A stretch of 64,000 nucleotides of DNA from a virus, in the IMG/VR virus record IMGVR_UViG_3300037296_000220, positions 38,535-102,534 of that record, one strand, 5' to 3'. Position 1 is the stretch's first letter, and each line of letters opens with the position of its first letter. Shown piece after piece: positions 1-8,510 of the stretch. Made by a program: the position numbers and the translations under genes. The notes beneath the pieces were generated by a model. The model had not been told where the DNA came from, searched no databases, and saw only the letters and a list, made by a program, of their open reading frames with translations.

Positions 1-307
1 GTTTGAACTCCGCTCTACTGATGTCGTTGATGAATAAGAAGGTTCGAGAAGCTGTGTTCGTTGCTTCATCCAGCTTAAATACCTGTTGCCGTCGGAGCTG
101 GCCGAAATGAAACCCTTTACCGCGCAAAAACTGACCTAGATTGGTATCAAGACCTGCCAGCATGTTTTCCGCGTCGTAGCTGAGCTTATCCAAACAGGCA
201 AAGTTAATACTCTCTACGTCTCTGGCCTTCAGCAGCATTTTGGTAAAGTAGCCCTCATCAGCACGGCCAAACTGGTTAACCCCAAATCCCGTATTCAGGA
301 TAGCCAT
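1..307 (-). CDS. Hypothetical protein, partial (runs off the left edge)
   Basis: Read manually: ATG at 307 (MAILNTGFGVNQFGRADEGYFTKMLL...), open to position 1; overlaps the end of the upstream ORF. Confidence 0.55.
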   Translation of the reverse strand, partial: MAILNTGFGVNQFGRADEGYFTKMLLKARDVESINFACLDKLSYDAENMLAGLDTNLGQFLRGKGFHFGQLRRQQVFKLDEATNTASRTFLFINDISRAEFK

Positions 308-683
308 TGCCATCAGATTGTTCCTCCAAGTGGGATACGCAGTAGTCCAGCATCCGGTCAATTTCATCATCACCAAACAGATCGAGTGCTGTTTTGAGCC
401 GGAGGGTCGATTCGTACTTGTCGCACACTAGGTGCACCAGCATTTCATCAACCCCGTCTATGTTGCCTACCGTCAGTTTGTCTACATCAACCACCGTGTC
501 AGCGTCGAACGTGATCATGGTGGTTGGGACTTCGTCGTCTACAGCATGGTGGCCGGCGGCGCCCGCTTGAGTGAACGCCAGCCGGGTCTTTGTGTGAACC
601 TTGAGCGGGTAGATTCCTCCAGCTCTGGCAAGGCCACGACCCGCTTTAGACCAGGCACCCTTATCCCTATAGGTTTCCTTCAT
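276..683 (-). CDS. Hypothetical protein ending in YPEYGIWG
   Basis: 135-aa ORF with GAGGA RBS, directly downstream of sbcC. Confidence 0.7.
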   Translation of the reverse strand: MKETYRDKGAWSKAGRGLARAGGIYPLKVHTKTRLAFTQAGAAGHHAVDDEVPTTMITFDADTVVDVDKLTVGNIDGVDEMLVHLVCDKYESTLRLKTALDLFGDDEIDRMLDYCVSHLEEQSDGNGYPEYGIWG

Positions 684-695
684 GGTAAATTCCTC

Positions 696-2633
696 TCAAA
701 GTGCTGAACCTTCGAGGGTAGAATAGCCGTTCTCTTTCTTCATTGTCACGCTATCCCTGATCCAGTCAGATAGGTCATTGTGAGATACAACCAGGACTGT
801 TCCGCGCTCCTTCGCCCGGTCATTCAGAACCGACATCAGACGCTCAAGGCCGGATGTGTCAAGCGAGTCGTCAATCTCGTCGGCGATAAATAGAGCGATC
901 GGCTTACTGCTTCGGGTCGCAACCAGGTCTTGTAGCGCCATGAAGCAGGACAGGCGCACTTTGCGCTTCTCGCCACCGGACAGTAACTTGTAGGTCCGCC
1001 GGCCGGTGGTGCTGCTTGCAGTGATGGCAAACTTCTCACGCTGCTCACCTTTGGCATTGATCGACAGCGTGTCCCAGACCGCTTCAATGGCCCCGTCGGA
1101 CAACTGACTGAGGTAGTAAGCCGTGCGCTCATTCAGATAGGGAGTGACCGTATCGAGAACATAGGCTCGCACCCCTTTCGGACTGAACGTATCGACCACG
1201 CACTTAGCGACACGCTCCTTCACGCGTGCCTCATCCAGATGGACCGTCACTTTTTCGACCTGTTCCTGCAGTGGCTCGATCTTCGCCTCTTCCTCACCGA
1301 TCAGGTCGGTGTGCGGGTTCTCTTCCGCTTTCAGACGCTTCAGCTCTTTGATGGCCTGAGTGAACTTGTGCGACACTGTCTCGATGTTCTGGACCGCTAA
1401 CTGTGACGCTCTGAGCGCTTGCTGCAGCTGCTGGGACTGTTTAGCTATGTCAGCACTCGACACTTGCTTACCCTTCGCGTCAGCGAGCGCTGAGACAGCT
1501 TTGGCTTTGTCGACTTCAATACCCGCAGTTGACTTTTTGAGCGTCTGGGCTTCGGCGGCGATCTCTCGAATCCGAGTTTTCAGCGCCTGACGTGCGTCAG
1601 CAAGGTCAGCCGACTCATAGGTCTTGCCACACTCACTGCAATCGGTGCCAACTTTGTTCTCGACGTTGTCCAACTCATGCTTGCGGCGATGGACTTCCTG
1701 CATGACCCGGGCTAGGTCTGACTGATTGATGGACAGTGCGCGCTCGACTTCAGCCAGAGCCTTTTGTTCGGTACTGATGTCGTTGGTTTCATCCAGCTTT
1801 TGCAGCTGATTGTTGACGGCCTTGAGCTGGGTAGAGATACGCTCCATTTCATCGACTTCAGCCTGCTTGTCGCAGCCGTCGTATTCAGATTTCAGCTTGC
1901 GTACCGTCACAGCTTGGCTCTGTAGGTTGACGCCGTGCTGGGTGGCCCAGTTGTCAGCGCGCTCCTTCAAGTTGGCCACACGCTCAACGATGCCCTGTTT
2001 CTGGTTGACGATCCGTTGAAGCTCAACCTCTACCAGGCTGACGTTGGCCGTTGCTGACTTGTGTCGGTCCCGGGCGACTGCATAGGCTGATTCCAGCTCA
2101 GTAATGCCAGCGGCTTCTTCGACTACCTGTTTGAGCAGACGGTCAGTCATCGATGGCAGGTCTGGCATCTTTTCCTGACCCGCATAGATGGCAGCGTTGA
2201 ACACATCGATGGAGCAACCAGTCAACTGGTCGATGACCTTCTGAGTCTCCTTGTCAGTACCTTTGGTCATATCGACCGGCCCCTGACTGGTTGTTTTGGT
2301 GACGCGCACCCGGTTTTTGAGACCCTTATGCTTGCGACCCCGCTCAATGAGGTATTCGTCAGCGTCATCGAGCAGAGTGATGGCGACCCGGGTGCCTGTC
2401 TTGTGTAGCTCATGGATCACATCGTCACCCGACTCACCCCGCGCTGTCTCGCCGTACAGGCACCAGCTGATCGAGTCTGCGAAGGTGCTTTTGCCCGAGC
2501 CATTGCTGTTCTGTGAGCTGTCATCGCGGTTCTCGCCCTGGATCAGGACCAAACCCTTGTCATCGAGCTTTGCGGTCATCTGACCAATGGGCATGAAGTT
2601 GGTCACTTCCAGCTGTTTGATTTTGACGGTCAT
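696..2633 (-). CDS. sbcC: SbcC/Rad50/T4 gp46-like SMC ATPase
   Basis: Walker A NGSGKS, coiled coil with CxxC zinc hook (CSEC), LSGGE signature, Walker B IADE; adjacent to SbcD. Confidence 0.92.
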   Translation of the reverse strand: MTVKIKQLEVTNFMPIGQMTAKLDDKGLVLIQGENRDDSSQNSNGSGKSTFADSISWCLYGETARGESGDDVIHELHKTGTRVAITLLDDADEYLIERGRKHKGLKNRVRVTKTTSQGPVDMTKGTDKETQKVIDQLTGCSIDVFNAAIYAGQEKMPDLPSMTDRLLKQVVEEAAGITELESAYAVARDRHKSATANVSLVEVELQRIVNQKQGIVERVANLKERADNWATQHGVNLQSQAVTVRKLKSEYDGCDKQAEVDEMERISTQLKAVNNQLQKLDETNDISTEQKALAEVERALSINQSDLARVMQEVHRRKHELDNVENKVGTDCSECGKTYESADLADARQALKTRIREIAAEAQTLKKSTAGIEVDKAKAVSALADAKGKQVSSADIAKQSQQLQQALRASQLAVQNIETVSHKFTQAIKELKRLKAEENPHTDLIGEEEAKIEPLQEQVEKVTVHLDEARVKERVAKCVVDTFSPKGVRAYVLDTVTPYLNERTAYYLSQLSDGAIEAVWDTLSINAKGEQREKFAITASSTTGRRTYKLLSGGEKRKVRLSCFMALQDLVATRSSKPIALFIADEIDDSLDTSGLERLMSVLNDRAKERGTVLVVSHNDLSDWIRDSVTMKKENGYSTLEGSAL

Positions 2634-2998
2634 GCGATAATCCCCAGGCGCTTAGCTGAACTGTATTTGATGAAAATGTAGGCATAGGCTGTTGTCAGGT
2701 AGGCAATGGCCAGCTTCGGTTGACCCAGCACATACATCATAACCGCTTCCATCGTGGAAGATCCGACCAGATAATGAACGTACTTGGAGTTCTGAAACTT
2801 GGCCATCTGCCGTTGCAATTTTGGCCTGTGGTTAATCAGATCGTCTTTCCAGGCGGCAGCAATGAAGGCGAACATAAAAACGAAGAACCACCAGAGAACA
2901 TAGATGAACTCGAAGAACTCGAAGCCAGCCAGAATGAGAACCGCTGGCGCCCAGTAGACGATTAGGTCGCCTACAATTATTGTTTTTAATGCGCTCAT
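2630..2998 (-). CDS. Small membrane protein
   Basis: 122 aa with several hydrophobic segments; ATGA overlaps with both neighbours. Confidence 0.7.
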   Translation of the reverse strand: MSALKTIIVGDLIVYWAPAVLILAGFEFFEFIYVLWWFFVFMFAFIAAAWKDDLINHRPKLQRQMAKFQNSKYVHYLVGSSTMEAVMMYVLGQPKLAIAYLTTAYAYIFIKYSSAKRLGIIA

Positions 2999-4065
2999 GC
3001 CTCACCCCCGATCGTGGACAGAATGTCTTCCGATTCAGCCATCACCGCTGCCTTCAATGAGTCAGGCGTGTTGCCCTCGATCCAGGAGCCGGTCTGCTGT
3101 TTCAGACTTAGTTGTTGGTTTGTTGTGTTGGCGTTACTTTGCCGTGACACAGTCTTTGCAGGCGTGTGGTTCACAATCACACCGACGGCACCCAACTCCA
3201 TCAGGTAGTCACGACACTCGATGACTTCCTTCTTTTCAGCCTGAGCCAGGCGCAACCGGGCATAGTTGCCTTCGACATGCTTTTGAAGGTCGTCAGCATC
3301 CATTGTGGCGATGGCACTTACGTCGATGAACTTCGGCGCAGAGGTCTCGCGCTGTTCGACTTCATTGGTCTCTGTGTTGTAGATGACGTAACCAGCCTGA
3401 GAGCCGATGTCGCCCCAGGTTTGATGCGTCAGCGCACCGATCGACCAGACTTTGTTGCCCACTTCCTTAAAGTTGTGATAGTGGCCACTGAACAGCGCCT
3501 TAAAGCCGAAGGCTTCTAGCTCTGTTGATGACAGGCCGTGATCGGGGATACCTTCGATGACCCCATTGAGCGGTGCGTGAATGAACACAACCAACTCACT
3601 GACATCTTCGGACAGATCGGCAATGGTCTGCAGCTCACCACGCAAAGCATCGAGCGATGACTTCCAGGGCACCATGACGATGTCACCTATCTGCTTCGTG
3701 TCGGTGTAGACGTTCACACCCACCGTCGTCAGCACCTGGCTGGCGTTGGTCAGCTCGCAACTGTTGTCCGATTCCAGGTCGTGATTACCCGGGATAGCAT
3801 GAACGGTCATGCCCCGCTTGGTGATCTTGCCGAAGCAATCCACTACCCGATTCAGCACTGACGGAGGCAAGCTGCCCCGGGTGTGAAACAGATCACCAGC
3901 GAGGTACATTTCGTCAATACCCTCTTCGAGTGCGGTATCGACCGCCTCAAGCAGCGAGTCTAGGATGATGGACAGGCGCGTGTTCCGACCTTCATCATCG
4001 GCAGATGCAAACTGAGTCCAGTTGTGCATATGCAGGTCGCTTGCGATTAGTACCCGTTTACTCAC
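2995..4065 (-). CDS. sbcD: SbcD/Mre11/T4 gp47-like nuclease
   Basis: Metallophosphoesterase motifs SDLH, GDLFH, GNHD, GHYH. Confidence 0.92.
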   Translation of the reverse strand: MSKRVLIASDLHMHNWTQFASADDEGRNTRLSIILDSLLEAVDTALEEGIDEMYLAGDLFHTRGSLPPSVLNRVVDCFGKITKRGMTVHAIPGNHDLESDNSCELTNASQVLTTVGVNVYTDTKQIGDIVMVPWKSSLDALRGELQTIADLSEDVSELVVFIHAPLNGVIEGIPDHGLSSTELEAFGFKALFSGHYHNFKEVGNKVWSIGALTHQTWGDIGSQAGYVIYNTETNEVEQRETSAPKFIDVSAIATMDADDLQKHVEGNYARLRLAQAEKKEVIECRDYLMELGAVGVIVNHTPAKTVSRQSNANTTNQQLSLKQQTGSWIEGNTPDSLKAAVMAESEDILSTIGGEA

Positions 4066-4607
4066 TTGCTTCTCCTTAATTGAACGACTGTGATGTGTGT
4101 ATTGTTGCGTACAATCAGACCCCCGTACAGATTGGGGAGTAGCTTCGCCATGCGTCTTGCTGCGTCGTCTTTGCTCAGTTTCTGATCGATGTAGGTGTGG
4201 TTGTCACGAGAGTATTCCGCGATAGCGTCGTCTTTGGGCAGCGTGATGATGTCCAACACAGCCGCCTCTCCAAACTTGTAGCCCTCCTTGTCCACCAAAG
4301 CTACGATGTCACCTGTAGCCGTGCGCTCAGCAGAGGCTTTGCCCAGGCGGAAGGTGTTGAAGATACCCCCAGTGCCCACCGGGTCCACGAACTTGAATGG
4401 CTGCTGATAATCGGAGCAGTGCAGAATCATGGTGTGGATTTTGTTCTTATCGAACAGCGCCCGGGCTACTCGATAGTGATGACAACTGTTTGAAATACCG
4501 CAGCTTTCGCACAGATCAAACGACCGGGTCTCGTTGTCCAGTACCGGCTTAGGCATCATCGTATGGCCCTTGTCGGAACGCTTCAGGCTTCTCAAATTGG
4601 TGTTCAT
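4062..4607 (-). CDS. Hypothetical protein with Cys/His cluster (possible Zn binding)
   Basis: CESC..CHH...HC pattern; in operon. Confidence 0.65.
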   Translation of the reverse strand: MNTNLRSLKRSDKGHTMMPKPVLDNETRSFDLCESCGISNSCHHYRVARALFDKNKIHTMILHCSDYQQPFKFVDPVGTGGIFNTFRLGKASAERTATGDIVALVDKEGYKFGEAAVLDIITLPKDDAIAEYSRDNHTYIDQKLSKDDAARRMAKLLPNLYGGLIVRNNTHITVVQLRRSK

Positions 4608-4649
4608 TCTGACCCCTGTGGGGCCTTGAAGGCCCCTATTATTGTCGGC

Positions 4650-5768
4650 TTACTTGCTCTTGATCGAGCTTTCGGCAGCAGCTTCACGCTGAGCACCGAT
4701 GTCAGTCTCGGTCACGTCCTTGTCCAGGTCGCCCTGGGTGTTTGGCAGCAGCTTCATCATTTCCTGGTACATGGATCGGTCGTTCTTCATCTGCTCGACC
4801 AGTTGCACCTGATACAACTTCTTACCGTCGAACTCGACCCGGTTGCCAGCTTTCTCGATGTAGCCCTTGCGCACCATGTAATCGACGTTGGTTGCAACGT
4901 CATCGATGTAGACGCCCTGATCACCGCCATTGAAGCGCACTTGCCAGGTTGCTTCCTGCAGCGGGCGGCTGACCTTGTTCTTCACTGACTTGGCCTTCAC
5001 TTCAAAGCCGATGACCTCTTTATCCTTGCCAGTACCGGAGACCAGGTTCTTTTTACCCAGCGACAGTCGAATGCTGGCGTAGAACTCAGCAGCGGCACCA
5101 CCCGGGGTCGTCGTCGGATCACCGTACATCACGCCGGGCTTCATGCGCGTCTGGTTCAGCAGCAGTACCAGCATGTTGTTGTCTTCGGCAAACTGAGACA
5201 GCATGGGGTAGTTCTGCGAGCACGACGAGGCCAGAGCCAGCTTGTCACGCATGTTGTGCGAGCCGACTTCACGACGATTGCCCTTGTCGTCGTAGAGCTT
5301 TTCATGAGGGATAGCCGCTGCCACTGAGTCGAGCACATAGACCAGGGGCTTGCTTTCTGCGATCAGGCCGCGAGCACGCACCAGCTCACAGAACTTCATG
5401 GCTGTCTCAACACCCTCTTCAAAGGTTTTGGGTCGCAGATAGCGAAAGTGGTTCGCATTGTCCGTGTTGAGGCCCAATGATTTGGCCAGCTTCGGCTCAA
5501 ACGAACGCTCATGATCACCAAACAGACTGATACCGCCCATGTTCTGCGCTGCGATCATGGCCATTGTGGAAATGAAGGTCTTGCCCGATGATGCCGGGCC
5601 GAAGATTTCGACCATGCGACCCATTGGCAGACCACCGTCGTGTCGGCCGCTCAGCAGCTTGTTCAGCTCTGCCAGGCCGGTATCGAGATAGCTGGATACA
5701 CCCAGGTGGGTATCGTTCGCGCCCAGAATGTCGTCCAGAGCATTGGCCAAGTCATTCGATTTTGACAT
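4650..5768 (-). CDS. recA: RecA/UvsX-like recombinase
   Basis: GRMVEIFGPASSGKT Walker A, VLDSVAA, NQTR, TTPGG..FYASIRL, KNKV motifs. Confidence 0.95.
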   Translation of the reverse strand: MSKSNDLANALDDILGANDTHLGVSSYLDTGLAELNKLLSGRHDGGLPMGRMVEIFGPASSGKTFISTMAMIAAQNMGGISLFGDHERSFEPKLAKSLGLNTDNANHFRYLRPKTFEEGVETAMKFCELVRARGLIAESKPLVYVLDSVAAAIPHEKLYDDKGNRREVGSHNMRDKLALASSCSQNYPMLSQFAEDNNMLVLLLNQTRMKPGVMYGDPTTTPGGAAAEFYASIRLSLGKKNLVSGTGKDKEVIGFEVKAKSVKNKVSRPLQEATWQVRFNGGDQGVYIDDVATNVDYMVRKGYIEKAGNRVEFDGKKLYQVQLVEQMKNDRSMYQEMMKLLPNTQGDLDKDVTETDIGAQREAAAESSIKSK

Positions 5769-5777
5769 ACAGTTCTC

Positions 5778-6728
5778 CTATTGCGCGCCGAAGGTTTTGT
5801 CCCAGGCGGTGCGCTTTGTTGCAATGCTCATAAAGCCCTGCTCTGCAGCCAGCTCCATGAATCCGTCGATGTCGTACACGCCTTTGTCCATCTGCATCAC
5901 TTTGCGCATAGCACCGTCTTTGGCGGGTGACATCAGGTTCATCAGTTTGAGGTTCCGGGTGAACACACCCATCTGCTCGTTCAGAAAGCGGTTGATCGGC
6001 ACCCTGGCACGACTCAGTGATTTGGGCAGTTCACCCTTCTCGAAGTCGGTCTCGTTGTTGTCGACCCAGACTTTCTTCAGCCCTGCGACACCCCCAAACT
6101 CTTCCATAATGGCTTTAGCGGCCTTCTCACCGATGCCCGTGACACCTTGAATGTTGTCTGATGTGTCACCTTCCAGGGCTTTCACCTGCAGAAACTGGCT
6201 GGCGGTTCTGCAACCGGTAAAGTCTGTGAAATTGAGGGCTGTGACGTACTTGTTTGCGCCCTTACGCGGGTCGATCCAGCTCACTTTGCTGCCGACAAGC
6301 TGCATCCAGTCTTCGTCGCCTGAGCCCAGCAGCACCCGGTGCCCGTTCGGCGTCAGTAAGCGGACAAAGAACCCGGCATAGTCATCAGCCTCGAATCCTT
6401 CACCCATCACTTGAGTAGTGCCCAGACGACGCATCAGCTCACGAATGACCGGGGTCTGACGTTTGACCTGAGCCTTGTCAGCGACTTTCTGTGGGTCGTC
6501 TGAGCGTTTACCTTTGTATTCTGGGTACAGATCGAAGCGCCATTCAGCGCGCATATCCCACAACACAATGATCTTCGTGTACCGCACATTGCGATCCATG
6601 AGGTTCTTGAGCATGTTCAGCGTGTGAAAGGTGCACTGCGTTTGTTCGCCGTCAGCATTCGTCAGGGCTCTTGCGTGCTGGGCAGCATGAGCTAACGAGT
6701 TACCGTCAACTACGAGGTAAGCAGTCAT
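5778..6728 (-). CDS. 5'-3' exonuclease (FEN / T4 RNase H-like)
   Basis: VVDGNS, YPEYKGKR, EADD, GDTSDNIQGVTGIGEK (H3TH). Confidence 0.92.
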   Translation of the reverse strand: MTAYLVVDGNSLAHAAQHARALTNADGEQTQCTFHTLNMLKNLMDRNVRYTKIIVLWDMRAEWRFDLYPEYKGKRSDDPQKVADKAQVKRQTPVIRELMRRLGTTQVMGEGFEADDYAGFFVRLLTPNGHRVLLGSGDEDWMQLVGSKVSWIDPRKGANKYVTALNFTDFTGCRTASQFLQVKALEGDTSDNIQGVTGIGEKAAKAIMEEFGGVAGLKKVWVDNNETDFEKGELPKSLSRARVPINRFLNEQMGVFTRNLKLMNLMSPAKDGAMRKVMQMDKGVYDIDGFMELAAEQGFMSIATKRTAWDKTFGAQ

Positions 6729-6740
6729 TGATGTTCTCCG

Positions 6741-6766
6741 AAAATAAAGGGGCCGACTGGCCCCTT
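6741..6766 (-). terminator. Rho-independent terminator after ssb
   Basis: AAGGGGCC-N4-GGCCCCTT stem followed by a T-rich tail on the minus strand. Confidence 0.65.
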
Positions 6767-6779
6767 GCAGGATGGCTGC

Positions 6780-7706
6780 TTAGCTGCCGGTTTCGTCCAG
6801 GTCTGCCAGCATGGCGTCGATGTCGTCTTCGTCGAGTTCCGCATCTGCCGTTGACTCAATCGCGGCTGTATCCACTTCCTTTTCAGGGGCGGAGTTAGAC
6901 TCAGCGACAGCTTCTTCCTGAACCAGCTCTTCAAACTCGGCATCGTCGGCTTCATCAGCCAACTGGTGAGTCAGAGAAGCGGTTGCAGAAGGCTTCGGTG
7001 GCATGATGCCAACAACTTGACCAATACCTTCGAGAGCCTGCTTTTTCTTGGTCTCGTTGGCCTGGTTCACGACGTTGTCCAGGTTCGTCAGCTTGGTCAG
7101 CATCGCTTCATCTACGACGGTAGACTTCGGTGCTGGGGTCACGACGTACTTGGTATCAAAACCTGAGCCTGAGCGAGTGATGGTGAAGTCAGTGCCTTCG
7201 GTCAAGCTCAGTGCGTCCACATCATCACCGGCATAGTCAATGATGCATTCGGACAGGGCGTTGAAGATCGTTGCACCGATTTCCATAACAACCGGGTCCG
7301 TCAGATTCTTGTCAGACTGTACCAGCACGTTCATCAGGAACTTCTGCTGGGAGTTGGACTCTTTCAGAATCTCGACCAGGTCGTCGTCGTCACACTGCTT
7401 GATGGAAGTGCCGATCGCCTGGCAAATATCGCAAGGCTCGCCGTAGGTCTTGTCCATGCAAACGTGTACCGCATGCACTTTGCCGTTCTTCTCGGTCTTG
7501 ACGAAGTGTTGGCCATAGTCATGCCAGAACTGCTCGGGGATACCGGTCTCAGCCTCTTTCTCACGCGACGGGTCGCGCCAGGAAGGCAGGATGCGGATCT
7601 TGGACTTACCCATAGGGGGCTTCCAGGTCTTCATGCCAGAGGCTTTCTTGGCATCAATTTCCTGATTCTTCTTCTTCATCATTTCAGCGAGGGCGTTCAT
7701 ACTCAT
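6780..7706 (-). CDS. T4 gp32-like single-stranded DNA-binding protein
   Basis: IRILP, H...C...C..C zinc site, GTDFTITRSG..TKY, acidic C-terminal tail. Confidence 0.85.
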   Translation of the reverse strand: MSMNALAEMMKKKNQEIDAKKASGMKTWKPPMGKSKIRILPSWRDPSREKEAETGIPEQFWHDYGQHFVKTEKNGKVHAVHVCMDKTYGEPCDICQAIGTSIKQCDDDDLVEILKESNSQQKFLMNVLVQSDKNLTDPVVMEIGATIFNALSECIIDYAGDDVDALSLTEGTDFTITRSGSGFDTKYVVTPAPKSTVVDEAMLTKLTNLDNVVNQANETKKKQALEGIGQVVGIMPPKPSATASLTHQLADEADDAEFEELVQEEAVAESNSAPEKEVDTAAIESTADAELDEDDIDAMLADLDETGS

Positions 7707-7797
7707 TGTTGAGTTCCTTACGTTATTTTAGAGGTTTCAATTACTGTTACGGGTTGGTTAAAACACACCAACATAGTTGTTTGTGTGAATTGATAGA

Positions 7798-8445
7798 TTA
7801 AGCTGTTTTAGCCCGGGCATCAAGCAGATTCTCTTTTCTACCTGCAGGTGATTCGTTCATGCGCAAAGAGGTCTGCTTCTCTGCCCGAACGTCAGCACCG
7901 GCCTGGATCAGCATGTCACGACGATGGCGGAAGGATTCGACAATCTCCGACAGCAGTTCGTAAATGTGATCCGCCTCCAGGTACTGCTCTTTCGCTTCCT
8001 GAAAGCCGATTGATGCCTGAATGCGCTTGGTAATGGCGCCTTCGGTAATCTTCTCGCTGTCCTGGGCAGCCAGGCGGCGGATCGCCGTGTCCATCTTGGC
8101 TTCAGTCAGCTCCATGCGCTGTTTGAACCGCTTGGCCTGCATGTGCGCTTTGGCTTTGGCGTGCGCGTAATGCACATAAAGAGCCGCCTGGTCGACGAAG
8201 GCCGACTGCATGTCCTGGATGTTGAACGTCACATCCTCCTTGAACTTGTCCATGTTGACGAAGGTTTCAGGGCGATCAGGCAGATGACCCGGTTTAGTCG
8301 TCGGTGCGGCGTTGCCCATTGCTGGGGGTGGCGTCGCTTTCTTTGGTGTTGGTGGCGCTTCAGCCTTAGTTGCCGGCTCTTCTACGCTACCGTTCTCAAT
8401 GTCGTCAAGCAGTGCGTCCAGATCCATGTCCAAATCATCTGACAT
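7798..8445 (-). CDS. UvsY-like recombination mediator (probable start MSDDLD)
   Basis: Helical C-terminal domain (TEGAIT..I, YLEA, ESFRHRRDML); next to SSB and RecA; GAGAGG RBS before ATG 8445. Confidence 0.65.
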   Translation of the reverse strand: MSDDLDMDLDALLDDIENGSVEEPATKAEAPPTPKKATPPPAMGNAAPTTKPGHLPDRPETFVNMDKFKEDVTFNIQDMQSAFVDQAALYVHYAHAKAKAHMQAKRFKQRMELTEAKMDTAIRRLAAQDSEKITEGAITKRIQASIGFQEAKEQYLEADHIYELLSEIVESFRHRRDMLIQAGADVRAEKQTSLRMNESPAGRKENLLDARAKTA

Positions 8446-8510
8446 TGTGTTGCCTCTCAGTTTGTGTGTTAGTTGTCTGTTTGTATTATCGCAAGCAAGC
8501 GACACCCCTG

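Noticed and set aside
6725-6955. 76-aa ORF overlapping the end of ssb
   Set aside because: Alternative frame that runs through a terminator; no support for coding
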